The translations under genes were made by a program, and so were the position numbers. Positions 9,760-19,550 of a stretch of 64,000 nt of DNA are shown here, one piece after another (position 1 is the first letter of the stretch; the number at the start of each line of letters is the position of its first letter). Where the stretch lies: the NCBI GenBank assembly GCA_965230975.1, contig OZ246402.1, positions 992,859 through 1,056,858 of the forward strand, read 5' to 3'. Source of the stretch: an uncultured Candidatus Saccharibacteria bacterium (GTDB taxonomy: Bacteria > Patescibacteriota > Dojkabacteria > J137). The notes below the pieces were generated by a model. That model was not told the DNA's origin, searched no databases, and saw only the letters and a list, made by a program, of their open reading frames with translations.

Positions 9760-10035
9760 ATGGATCATATAACTGCGGAACAACTAAAACAAAGACTTGA
9801 AGATGCAAAAAGCAAGGTTACCGTAGGTGGTAAATATTATCATTACAAAGATCCTTCAAAGCATTATCTAGTAGTGGATATAGCGATTTTAGAAGCTACC
9901 GAAGAGCCTGCCGTATTATACAAGCCATTGTACGAAGGTTACGAAGGAATAATTTGGATAAGACCAATCTCAGAGTTCCTTTCTCAAAACGAGAAAGATG
10001 GAATAATGGTTTCTAAATTCACATTAGTTCAATAG
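9760..10035 (+). CDS. DUF1653-domain protein
   Basis: GKYYHYK..YLVVDIA..ATEEPAVLYKPLY..WIRPISEF. Confidence 0.85.
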   Translation: MDHITAEQLKQRLEDAKSKVTVGGKYYHYKDPSKHYLVVDIAILEATEEPAVLYKPLYEGYEGIIWIRPISEFLSQNEKDGIMVSKFTLVQ

Positions 10036-10127
10036 TAAATATAAATTGTAGAGATTGTAAATTTTTGGTACAACCCTTTACTAAAGATAGTTATAAGCCG
10101 TATACTCCTTTCAATTAAAAATTAAAC

Positions 10128-10562
10128 ATGTCAGAAAGAGGGCATTTTGAACTAAGTTGTGGTATAGAGGTACAAATAAGCTTAATTGGTAAAAATACTG
10201 CAAAAGTAAAGTATAACCTTGATGGTGAACAAAAAGAGGCTTTCCTAACATTTGAAGGCAACCATAGTGTGCTTTTAGAACATTTAAATTCGCTCAACAT
10301 AGAGGTGCTTATTAATTATTTAAAGTCTAAATGGGGCATACAATTTAATACAGTAGATAACCAAGAAATTATAGTTATACCTAAAGATGATAGCTTGCTG
10401 GTAATCTATTCTATAGAAAATATCTGCTACAGTAAAAAGTTAAGTAAAGCATTATTAAAAAGTAAAAGAATAATCACCTGGGATGCTTTTATGTACACAG
10501 CAACTAAAATGCACTTCTTAGATTTTCTTAGAGTTTTTAGGCTTATAGATTTAGAAATATAA
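10128..10562 (+). CDS. Hypothetical protein, paralog of the next gene
   Basis: 144 aa; aligns by eye with 10565-10999 (EL..G..I.L...A.V...AF..FEG..LIN.L.S). Confidence 0.65.
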   Translation: MSERGHFELSCGIEVQISLIGKNTAKVKYNLDGEQKEAFLTFEGNHSVLLEHLNSLNIEVLINYLKSKWGIQFNTVDNQEIIVIPKDDSLLVIYSIENICYSKKLSKALLKSKRIITWDAFMYTATKMHFLDFLRVFRLIDLEI

Positions 10563-10564
10563 CT

Positions 10565-10999
10565 ATGCCCGATAAACGAACAATCGAGTTACAAAATGGA
10601 GTAAGTCTAAATATAATTTTATTACAGAAAGGACTTGCACAAGTAGACTTTGTATTTAGCCAAGAAGAAATGACTGCATTTATAGAATTTGAAGGTCCTC
10701 AATCCAACTTAATAACAATCCTAGAATCTAAAGTAAATCAGAATGATTTAATAAATTTTCTACTATCGCACAGAACCATACCCATAGAGATAATGGGTAA
10801 CGATCAAGTTTTAATTATTCCCTACCCAAAACATATTCTATTTGTATATAAATACAATAACACAACTTACACAAGCATATTAGAGAAGTCTATGCTTGCA
10901 AGAAAACAAATATCAACTTTTGAAATTTTAGTAGATACAATTAAAACAAGTTATTTGTATAACTTGCTAGTACTTTTTGAAATAATAAAAGCAGAATAG
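10565..10999 (+). CDS. Hypothetical protein, paralog of the previous gene
   Basis: 144 aa, same length and pattern as 10128-10562. Confidence 0.65.
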   Translation: MPDKRTIELQNGVSLNIILLQKGLAQVDFVFSQEEMTAFIEFEGPQSNLITILESKVNQNDLINFLLSHRTIPIEIMGNDQVLIIPYPKHILFVYKYNNTTYTSILEKSMLARKQISTFEILVDTIKTSYLYNLLVLFEIIKAE

Positions 11000-12127
11000 C
11001 TACTTTAATTTGTTTGTAAGCTTTTGGTTTCTATAGCTTTTACTTACTTCTAGCACAATAATTTGAATCATTGCAACTATCGGAATAGAGAGCAAAGCTC
11101 CAATTGGGCCACCTAATTGCAAACCAGCCATGGCACCAATAATACTGACAATTGGGTGCAAATCAACAGCACGCTTCATTACTGTAGGAACAATAAACAC
11201 ACCTTCTAATTGCTGCAAAATAATAAAAGCAATTAATATAAATATTAAAATTGGTACTCCTGCACCACTTAGTATTGCTGCTACTAATGCAACTATTAGT
11301 GTAATAACAGGGCCTATGCTAGGTACGCCTTCTAAAAGACCTGCTATTATTGCTAAAACAAGAGCATACCGAGCCAATGGGTAAGTTGGGTCAAAAAATG
11401 AGGGGATAATTAATATTAAATATGTTATTACTCCAATTATTAACATTAATAAAATTTGGCCGGCCATCCAAGATCCTAAACTAGCTTCGATTTTATCTAA
11501 AACTGGATCAAACCTTTTTTCTAAATGCTGAGGCAAAAGCCGAACTAAAGGTTTATAAACATAATCATCATGCTTTAACATATAAATTGAAAGCATTATT
11601 ATCACAAAAAGACTTAATACTCCTCCCAAAACACCACCCAAAATAGAAATACCAGTAGCTCCAAGATTATTAAGCAGGCTCATTAATCCATCATTAATAT
11701 TTTGCAAATCTACTTGAGAAATAGCGGTAGACAAATTATTAGCATTCGCACTTATTGATTCTAAATCAATATACTGGTTTAAAAACGGCAAATTATTTTG
11801 AATAAAACTAACAAAGTTTAATATTTTATTATCTATATCTGTAAAAAAAGCTCTTATTTGTGTAAAAGCAGTAGAAAATATTACAAAACCTAAAATGAGT
11901 ACTATTAAAAAAGAAATTGCATAAGTTATTGCTATTGCACCTGTCCTAGAAATATATTTGTTTTTAGATAATTTATCTACTATTGGTCTTAAACCTGCAT
12001 TTATAATATATGCAAAAAATACGGTTAAGATTAACCCTCTAAGTTCGTGGGCTAATGCCAATCCCAAGATTGTGAGTACTATTACTAAGATAGTTCGCAA
12101 GCTAAATGTGATTTTAGTTTGTGTCAT
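11000..12127 (-). CDS. AI-2E family transporter
   Basis: Multi-TM protein; QQLEGVFIVPTVMKRAVDLHP..GPIGALLSIP signature. Confidence 0.92.
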   Translation of the reverse strand: MTQTKITFSLRTILVIVLTILGLALAHELRGLILTVFFAYIINAGLRPIVDKLSKNKYISRTGAIAITYAISFLIVLILGFVIFSTAFTQIRAFFTDIDNKILNFVSFIQNNLPFLNQYIDLESISANANNLSTAISQVDLQNINDGLMSLLNNLGATGISILGGVLGGVLSLFVIIMLSIYMLKHDDYVYKPLVRLLPQHLEKRFDPVLDKIEASLGSWMAGQILLMLIIGVITYLILIIPSFFDPTYPLARYALVLAIIAGLLEGVPSIGPVITLIVALVAAILSGAGVPILIFILIAFIILQQLEGVFIVPTVMKRAVDLHPIVSIIGAMAGLQLGGPIGALLSIPIVAMIQIIVLEVSKSYRNQKLTNKLK

Positions 12128-12213
12128 AAATGAATTTATTATTTATACAAAAGGATTATAGCATTTCTCCATATTAGTATATAATATGAAAGATTAAATA
12201 TAACCTTTTTATA

Positions 12214-12600
12214 ATGAAAGAAAATAAAATTAGTATTGTTATTGATAAACCTGTAGCTATAGTTTTTGACTTCACTATTAATCCAAGTAATACTCCCAAA
12301 TGGATAGATCATTTAATAAAAGAAGAAACTAATGAATATCCTCCTCGAATAGGCACTATTTATAGGAATAGAGGGTTAGTAGAAAATTGGGACGAATATT
12401 ATGTAAGCGAGATTAAAGAGAATTTACTTTTTGAATTAACTTCAAAAGATGGGGTTTATCATGTTAGATATAACTACAAACCTTTAAGCGAAAATCAAAC
12501 AGAAATGGAATATTACGAATGGATGAATGAAGGAGAATTAGGCACCCCATTTAGTATAGAAGTTCTTGAAAAGCTAAAGGCAGTTGTGGAAGAAATGTAA
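12214..12600 (+). CDS. SRPBCC (polyketide cyclase-like) protein
   Basis: SIVIDKPVAIVFDFTINPSNTPKW start; C-terminal LEKLKAVVE helix. Confidence 0.75.
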   Translation: MKENKISIVIDKPVAIVFDFTINPSNTPKWIDHLIKEETNEYPPRIGTIYRNRGLVENWDEYYVSEIKENLLFELTSKDGVYHVRYNYKPLSENQTEMEYYEWMNEGELGTPFSIEVLEKLKAVVEEM

Positions 12601-12816
12601 TCAAGCTTTTTTAATACGATTCTTGTTGCACAACACTTGTCTCTTTCAACTTTTGTATCCGAGTTGTAACAGATTTAGTTATAACATGAATTAAAATCGA
12701 TACAAATATATTATATCTTACTGGAAAAGATACTGGTTATTTAAGAAAATTCATAGATTTTCAAATATTATTTAAGAGCAATCGTTTACTAAGTATACAA
12801 ATGATATACTTATTGC

Positions 12817-14349
12817 ATGTCCGTTTTAGCAACAAAACCAACTCAACTACAAGATAAAATCAAAAATGCCCCTAAATTGCCGGGTTGTTACATGTATAAA
12901 GATTCTAATGGCAAAATAATCTATGTAGGCAAAGCAAAAAACATAATTAACAGAGTCAAAAGCTACTTCATAAACTATCCAAAACTTGATTTAAAAATCC
13001 AAGCAATGATAGATAATGCAGTAGATATAGACTTTTTAACAGTAGATTCTGAAGTAGAAGCATTAATACTGGAGACAAATCTAATCAAAAAATATCATCC
13101 AAAATACAACACAATGATGATGGATGATAAAAACTATAGTTACGTGATGTTTGAAAAACAAATCAAAGGCATTAACGATTTTCCAAGAATAAGGCTAGTA
13201 AGAGCAAAAGAAGACCCGGATGCAGAATATTTTGGACCATACCCTAACAGAATGCCATTAAAAAACATTTTAAAAAGATTAAGAAAAGTATTTCCATACG
13301 CCAGTTGCAATCGAAGACTGGTACAGGTTAGCAAAGACCCTCTAAAAATCGACACAAATAACTCTTCACCATGTCTTTACTACCACTTGGGACTTTGCAA
13401 AGCACCTTGCGCAAGTTATCAAAGCAAAGAGGATTACATGAAAACATATAATCAACTTAAAAAGTTTTTTAGAGGTGAAAAAGTAGAAATTCTTAAAGAA
13501 CTTGAGGTAGAGATGGGCAGTTATGCCAAGGCTATGGATTACGAGAACGCAGCTCAGGTTAGAGATAAAATTAACGATATTAAGTACGTAACTAAATACA
13601 TTAAAGTTGATAATGATGTAGATGATATCTCTATCAACGAACTGCAGGCACAAAGTAGAGAAGAGGGGATTAACCAACTCATAGAAGAGTTAAAATTCCC
13701 GCAAGAAAAATTGCAAAATCACAAAGGCTTTAAAATTGAATGCTACGACATAAGCAATATTCAAGGTACAAATGCTGTAGGGGCAATGACAGTTATGGTA
13801 GATGGAGAACTTAGAAAAGATTTATATAGAAAATTTAAGATTCAAAGAAAAAATACCCCTAACGACTTTGCTATGATGCAAGAGGTTTTAAGAAGAAGAC
13901 TTAGCTATTTAATTCAACCACCCGAGCTAACTGGTGAAATTGAAGCATCTGAAGATGCAGAAAATATTTCAGAAGACCCTTCACAAATTAGTCAAAAAAT
14001 AGAAAGTTCGGATAACTCTTTTGATATTATGCCGGATTTGATAATTGTAGATGGAGGTAAAGGTCAGTTAAGCGCGGCATACACTATTCTTTACCAAATG
14101 GGTTTACACAACACAATTCCAATTGTAGGCTTGGCAAAAAGAGAAGAGGAGATATTTAAACTAGCACATCAGTTTTTTGATAACTCTTTAGGCAACTATA
14201 TCCCAGAACTAGAAAAAACTTTTACAAGAATCTTCTTAACACGAAGATCTGAAGCTTTATTTATAGTACAAAGAATTAGAGACGAAGCCCACAGATTTGG
14301 AATAACTTACCACAGAAAGTTAAGATCTAAAAAGATGTTAGTTAAATAA
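12817..14349 (+). CDS. uvrC: Excinuclease ABC subunit C, lacking the C-terminal HhH domain
   Basis: GIY-YIG (PGCY..IIYVGKAKN), UVR domain, IECYDISN, DGGKGQ, RDEAHRF; ends shortly after RF. Confidence 0.95.
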   Translation: MSVLATKPTQLQDKIKNAPKLPGCYMYKDSNGKIIYVGKAKNIINRVKSYFINYPKLDLKIQAMIDNAVDIDFLTVDSEVEALILETNLIKKYHPKYNTMMMDDKNYSYVMFEKQIKGINDFPRIRLVRAKEDPDAEYFGPYPNRMPLKNILKRLRKVFPYASCNRRLVQVSKDPLKIDTNNSSPCLYYHLGLCKAPCASYQSKEDYMKTYNQLKKFFRGEKVEILKELEVEMGSYAKAMDYENAAQVRDKINDIKYVTKYIKVDNDVDDISINELQAQSREEGINQLIEELKFPQEKLQNHKGFKIECYDISNIQGTNAVGAMTVMVDGELRKDLYRKFKIQRKNTPNDFAMMQEVLRRRLSYLIQPPELTGEIEASEDAENISEDPSQISQKIESSDNSFDIMPDLIIVDGGKGQLSAAYTILYQMGLHNTIPIVGLAKREEEIFKLAHQFFDNSLGNYIPELEKTFTRIFLTRRSEALFIVQRIRDEAHRFGITYHRKLRSKKMLVK

Positions 14350-15252
14350 TTAACCCTCTTGTATTGTCGACTTATTAACAGGCTTTGGATTCAAAATCTC
14401 CTCTTTTATTGAATCAATCGTAGTTTGCTCTAAAGTTTCATTTCTCAAAATAGATTCTATTGTGGTTACGTTTAAAGGAGATGCAATCCCTGTAGGTGCA
14501 GGTATTTTTGAAATATCTAAGCTTGGGTTTGGTGAATCTGAAATTTCCACTTTTTTTGTTCCAAATTCCAATATTTTTTTAAAGTAACTTTTAATATTAA
14601 ACTTAGAAAGTAATTTTATCTTTGGTCTTTTAGGCAAATGGATATTAAATTTTTTTGAAAAATCATTTAATTGTATAAAAACGCCATCAACAAATCTTTC
14701 AGTTAATAAATCTATTACTATAATTATTATTAACCAAAGCAATGTAGATAAATTAATTCTGCCACTTAAAAAAGGTTGTTCAAAAATTACACCTTGAGCC
14801 CATTCTGTTGAGCCATATATTACTCTAACAAATAACGGAGATTCTAAATTTAAGCCAACAGCAAATAAATCAAATAATATTCTTAATATTAAAAATGATT
14901 CCAAAAATTTAAAAATTGCATCTACAAAGTTTTGAAAAACATCTTTAAAATTATCAAATAAAAAAGATGTTATAAACTCAGATAAAGCAATAGCAACAAG
15001 TATGTACACAATAAATGCAATAATTGCTGCTTCATTAATAAACATTAAAATGCCACTTTGAGGTAAAGTTATTAAACCCTCAAAAGGGAAAATAAAAACA
15101 GAGGTAATTTGCGAAACTAAGCTAACAATACCGTTTGATGAATCTGCTGAGATCAAATCTAAGGTGATTCTTAAAAACAAAAAAGCCTCCATTATACCCA
15201 AAATAGCAAATATCACGGCTCTAATTCTAGATCTTAATACATCTAACTCCAT
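14350..15252 (-). CDS. Membrane protein with two YggT-like modules
   Basis: Two copies of FL.LRI..DL.....V..V...T....; soluble C-terminal tail. Confidence 0.55.
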   Translation of the reverse strand: MELDVLRSRIRAVIFAILGIMEAFLFLRITLDLISADSSNGIVSLVSQITSVFIFPFEGLITLPQSGILMFINEAAIIAFIVYILVAIALSEFITSFLFDNFKDVFQNFVDAIFKFLESFLILRILFDLFAVGLNLESPLFVRVIYGSTEWAQGVIFEQPFLSGRINLSTLLWLIIIIVIDLLTERFVDGVFIQLNDFSKKFNIHLPKRPKIKLLSKFNIKSYFKKILEFGTKKVEISDSPNPSLDISKIPAPTGIASPLNVTTIESILRNETLEQTTIDSIKEEILNPKPVNKSTIQEG

Positions 15253-15339
15253 ACTTATTAATTTGAATCAAATAATTCTTAATTAGAATATATGTTTTTT
15301 ATGTGATTTATTTTATCACAAAGAAAATCCAAAAACTGA

Positions 15340-16239
15340 TTGTCTACTAAGCTTGAACATGACATAATTCAACATATGACAAACACATTTAGATTAGAGC
15401 AAAATTTAAACTCAGAAAACTTACCAATTTGGGCACTTGATAAATATGCAGATTTTGGAGTTTTACAAGCATACTCAGAAATAGAATATGAAAAACTTTC
15501 AGCAGAGTTATTAAAGAAGTATCAACTAAAAGGAATTTATTTAAAGAAGAGATTTATAAACGACCCAAAACAAGAAGACTTAACTGAATTAGTTGCTGGT
15601 GTTGATGCTCCAGATGAGATTATTGTTATAGAAAATGATCTTAAATTTTTAATAAAACTTAAAGAGAGGTTAGATGTTGGTTTATTTTTAGACCACAGAG
15701 TTTCAAGAGAAATTATTAGAGACTATGCAAAAAACAAAGATGTTTTAAACTTGTTTGCTTACACTGGATCCTTTTCGGTTTACTGTGCAGCTGCAGGTGC
15801 AAAATCTACAACTACTGTAGACTTATCTAATAATTATTGCACTTGGGCACAAAAGAATTTAGAGCTGAATGGGTTTAACGTTAATTACAAAGAACGGGGA
15901 GAGGGTGCACAAAATGAGATTTGGAATGAAGATGTTTTTGAATTTATTCAAATTGCTATAGAAACTGGTTCAAAATACGACATTATTATTCTTGATCCAC
16001 CAAGCTTTTCAAGAAACAAAAGCAAAGTATTTAATGTTCAAAACGACCACGTTAAGTTAATAAAAGATATACAAGAACATATTTTAAACCCAGGTGGAAT
16101 TTTATTCTTTAGTACAAACCTTTCTACATTTGTCTTAAGCCCATACATTAGACCAGGTGCAGATAAATTAACAAAGAAAACCGTCCCTCAAGAATTCCAA
16201 CCATTTAGGGCTCACCAAAGTTTTGTGTTTTACGGGTAA
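15340..16239 (+). CDS. RlmI/RlmK-type SAM-dependent rRNA methyltransferase
   Basis: GLFLDHR, VLNLFAYTGSFSV, VDLS, YDIIILDPPSFS; TTG start. Confidence 0.88.
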   Translation: MSTKLEHDIIQHMTNTFRLEQNLNSENLPIWALDKYADFGVLQAYSEIEYEKLSAELLKKYQLKGIYLKKRFINDPKQEDLTELVAGVDAPDEIIVIENDLKFLIKLKERLDVGLFLDHRVSREIIRDYAKNKDVLNLFAYTGSFSVYCAAAGAKSTTTVDLSNNYCTWAQKNLELNGFNVNYKERGEGAQNEIWNEDVFEFIQIAIETGSKYDIIILDPPSFSRNKSKVFNVQNDHVKLIKDIQEHILNPGGILFFSTNLSTFVLSPYIRPGADKLTKKTVPQEFQPFRAHQSFVFYG

Positions 16240-16309
16240 AATTTGTAGATTAATTGAAGAACAAGAGCTAAAAATTTAAAACGCATACCGCACTGCAAAG
16301 GCAAAGTGA

Positions 16310-18115
16310 TTAATCGCCTTTTCTTAATTCGTACATTCTAATAATTTCTTCAATTGTATTTGGGTAATCTTTATCTCTTTTCCAAATTTTCATTCTTGGA
16401 AATCTAATAGAAAGACCTTTAGAAGCATCATCTTTTTTAACTTTTGCAGAAATGCCTTTAGCAGCCGTATGAGCAGGGCTTCTTGTAATCTCATCTGCAA
16501 TAATTTCCATTACAATGGAAGGTTTAACCCAAACATTTGGGTACAAAACCTTATCTACTTCTACATTTTCTGGCTTTTCTAAAACTTCGATTGGCTGTAA
16601 GTCTTTATACATTTGAGTCATCATCTCTTCTGTGAAGCCACTTCCCACCTTACCGATACTGTAATATTTATCTTCTTTAGGGTCATAAACACCTGCTAAA
16701 AGCGTTCCAAACCCAAATCTTGATCTATCTCCTTTTCCGTAATAATATCCCAAAACTACCACATCTATTGTGTCTACAAGATCGCTTCTTGTATTTGCTT
16801 TTAGTTTAATCCACTTAAAGTTTCTAGAACCAGGTTCGTAGGTTGTTCCAGTTTGTTTAGTAATAATACCTTCTAAACCATTTTCTACTTTGGATTTAAA
16901 GTACTCCTCAAGTTCTTCTTCGGATTTCATTTGAATGGTTTCTAACATTCTTAAAGAGCCTTCACTTTTATCTAAAATTTTGTGTAATAGTTCTAATCTT
17001 TCCTCTAAAGGTTTTTGTGTTAAATCTTCGCCATTCAAATACAAAAGATCAAAGCACATAGATCTTACAGGAATATTTTTAGAATATGCATCAATATCGT
17101 TCTTTCTCTTTCTTTGCATGGTCTCTTGATACGATAGATAGTCATTTTTAGCACTATCGAAGCCAATAATTTCTGAATCTAATATTATTGATTCAACACC
17201 CAGCTTTGCCAATGACTCACATAATTCTGGAAATTGGTCTGTCATTGTTTCCATGTTTCTACTAAAAACTGCGCAATTAACAGGCTGGTCTTCAAAATTA
17301 GAACTAGAGTAGTGCAATTGCCCTCTTAAGCCATCTAATTTAGGTTGAACAAAGCAATTTGGCATTCTTTCCCAAACTGCTTGTGAATTTGCTTCGCGCT
17401 CGACAAGTTTAGAGGCTATTGGAATGCCAGGCACGACCTTCATCTTGTCGAGCGCGGGCTTTAAATCGTTTTTATTTTGTAAAACCGTTTCGAATAATTC
17501 ACCTAAATCTGCTTTTTTACCAAATGCTAAATCTAAGTCAGCTCGTAAACTTTTGTCTCCAGCTACAAACCATGAAAATGAATCTAGTATTGTTTTTTCG
17601 CTTAAACCTAATCTAATTGTGCCAACAATCATTCTTGTTACATATTTTGCAGAAAGTGAATCTATTGATCTTATTATTTTCGTATACGCTTGCATCTTCT
17701 TTTCTTGAGAACCAGCACCTGTTGAGTATGCGATTTCGCTCATTGCAGAATAGATGCTATTAATATCGGTTCCTTTTATTTTTTCCGATTCTATTAAAGT
17801 ATTTGATTCTAGTTTTGATATGTTAATTAATTCTTCTACTACAGATCCCACATCTCCCTTTTCTTTGTAAAGCTTTTTTACAAGTTCTGAATCTTGGCTT
17901 AAATCTTCTAATGCTCTTATTATTAATTTTTGAGAGAAGTTGAATTCTAAGGGTACAAATTTAGGGGCTAATCTACCTTGTAGCAAATACATTACGTGTT
18001 TTGATTCGTTTAAATCTACATGAGAATATAGTTCTGATAATAAAACGGTTATATCGTTTCTGCCAGACGTGTTTTCTATTTTGTATAGGTATTCGCTAAA
18101 TTCTTTAAATTGCAT
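16310..18115 (-). CDS. lig: ATP-dependent DNA ligase
   Basis: N-terminal DNA-binding domain; PKLDGLR (KxDG), EGIITK, WIKLK, SIRFPR. Confidence 0.95.
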   Translation of the reverse strand: MQFKEFSEYLYKIENTSGRNDITVLLSELYSHVDLNESKHVMYLLQGRLAPKFVPLEFNFSQKLIIRALEDLSQDSELVKKLYKEKGDVGSVVEELINISKLESNTLIESEKIKGTDINSIYSAMSEIAYSTGAGSQEKKMQAYTKIIRSIDSLSAKYVTRMIVGTIRLGLSEKTILDSFSWFVAGDKSLRADLDLAFGKKADLGELFETVLQNKNDLKPALDKMKVVPGIPIASKLVEREANSQAVWERMPNCFVQPKLDGLRGQLHYSSSNFEDQPVNCAVFSRNMETMTDQFPELCESLAKLGVESIILDSEIIGFDSAKNDYLSYQETMQRKRKNDIDAYSKNIPVRSMCFDLLYLNGEDLTQKPLEERLELLHKILDKSEGSLRMLETIQMKSEEELEEYFKSKVENGLEGIITKQTGTTYEPGSRNFKWIKLKANTRSDLVDTIDVVVLGYYYGKGDRSRFGFGTLLAGVYDPKEDKYYSIGKVGSGFTEEMMTQMYKDLQPIEVLEKPENVEVDKVLYPNVWVKPSIVMEIIADEITRSPAHTAAKGISAKVKKDDASKGLSIRFPRMKIWKRDKDYPNTIEEIIRMYELRKGD

Positions 18116-18125
18116 AGGTTTGGGT

Positions 18126-19550
18126 TTAAATTGTTCCAGATGGAATTATATCTAGAATATTAACTCCTAATATTCTTAATATTAACACACTGAATACTAA
18201 TGTTGCCAAACCTGTTAGCGTTGCGATTAATTGTTCTCTTGCTTTCTTTATTTCTCCTTCATCTCCTTGCATGTATCTTAGTCCTACCAAAATAAGTTGC
18301 AATAAAGCAACACCACCCATTGTTCCAAGTGCTATTCTTATTAAGTTTGTAATTATTCCAACAGGAGTAGTATCTATACAACCTAATGCAGTTGGCAAAC
18401 CACCTTGAGCTCTACATTGTTCTATAAAAGCTGCGTTTGTTGGGTCACCATTTTTTTCTGCCTCTAAAACTGCAAGAGTATCTGCAATGTTGTTGTTAAC
18501 TAAAGCACGTTTGGTTATAGCTCCGTTACCTGCACATACTAGTAATTTACCTTCTTCAGTTTCGGTAGGATCAGTAATTACCATAGCCTCACCAACATCG
18601 TAACACTGGTTACATTGAAGGTTTGGAGTAGATTCAAATGCCACTGGATCAATTATTGCTATATCGCTACCGTTTGATTTAAATTTCTCTAAAGAAAATC
18701 CTGCTGCACTAGTATCCGCTGGCACTAGTGCGCAACCATCTTTATTTAAACAACTTAAGTTAGACCCAGTTCTAGGGACTACTTTTAACGGAGTGCCCAA
18801 AGGCAAACCTCTAGTAGCATCATCATTTATAACTTTGGTCATTGCAGATTGTCTACCTGAATAAATTAATGGTTTAGCATCTACTAAATTTGTTCTACTG
18901 TAACATGTCAAAACACCGCCAACATTCATATAGAAGTCAGGCGTGTTATTGTTAGAAGGGTCATCTGGAATTAAACAACATGCACTGTCATGTGTATTAT
19001 TTTTAGTGTGATCAGTAACACTATCTGCACGGCCAACACCTGCGTATCCTGATGGACAACATAAACCCGAGTAAGGCAAATATTCTAGATAAGGGCTTTT
19101 TACAATACTTGTTAAAACTCGACCTGCACCACAAACCCTAGGTACTACATCCGCTGTTAGATCTGAATCGTATACGCTAGAGTCATCTGGATTAGGAGCT
19201 TGAGTAGCCGGACTTCCATCACGGTTCACTGGAAAAACTACAAAATCTCCATTTGCATCTAAATACGTTTCCGGCACACATACCTCTCCTAAATCACTTG
19301 CAGATGGATGTGAACTCAAGACTGATTGTTGAAAATCATCTTTATTTGCATCACTTGCATATTCCACTTTATTTTCATCAATTAATTGCTGTATATTTAA
19401 ACCACCCGTTCCGCAATTAGAATTATTCATTATGCATGAAATCCCAAATCCTTTTAACTGCGCTTCAACTTTTGTTGTACTTGTTAAATATATACCTCCA
19501 ATAAACAAACTTGCTATTGCAGCTAATAATAAGAATTTGAATTGATTCAT
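18126..19550 (-). CDS. Cys-rich exported protein with C-terminal TrbC/VirB2-like (T4SS pilin) domain
   Basis: Signal peptide; many Cys; C-terminal TALGCI..IRIALGTMGGVALL..GDEGEIKKAREQLIATLTGL two-helix pilin pattern. Confidence 0.7.
   Translation of the reverse strand: MNQFKFLLLAAIASLFIGGIYLTSTTKVEAQLKGFGISCIMNNSNCGTGGLNIQQLIDENKVEYASDANKDDFQQSVLSSHPSASDLGEVCVPETYLDANGDFVVFPVNRDGSPATQAPNPDDSSVYDSDLTADVVPRVCGAGRVLTSIVKSPYLEYLPYSGLCCPSGYAGVGRADSVTDHTKNNTHDSACCLIPDDPSNNNTPDFYMNVGGVLTCYSRTNLVDAKPLIYSGRQSAMTKVINDDATRGLPLGTPLKVVPRTGSNLSCLNKDGCALVPADTSAAGFSLEKFKSNGSDIAIIDPVAFESTPNLQCNQCYDVGEAMVITDPTETEEGKLLVCAGNGAITKRALVNNNIADTLAVLEAEKNGDPTNAAFIEQCRAQGGLPTALGCIDTTPVGIITNLIRIALGTMGGVALLQLILVGLRYMQGDEGEIKKAREQLIATLTGLATLVFSVLILRILGVNILDIIPSGTI

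Noticed and set aside
12624-12686. SOS-like operator upstream of uvrC (gttgcacaac, gttgtaac, gttataac)
   Set aside because: Short palindromes of inconsistent spacing in AT-rich DNA; no match to a LexA box I can name.
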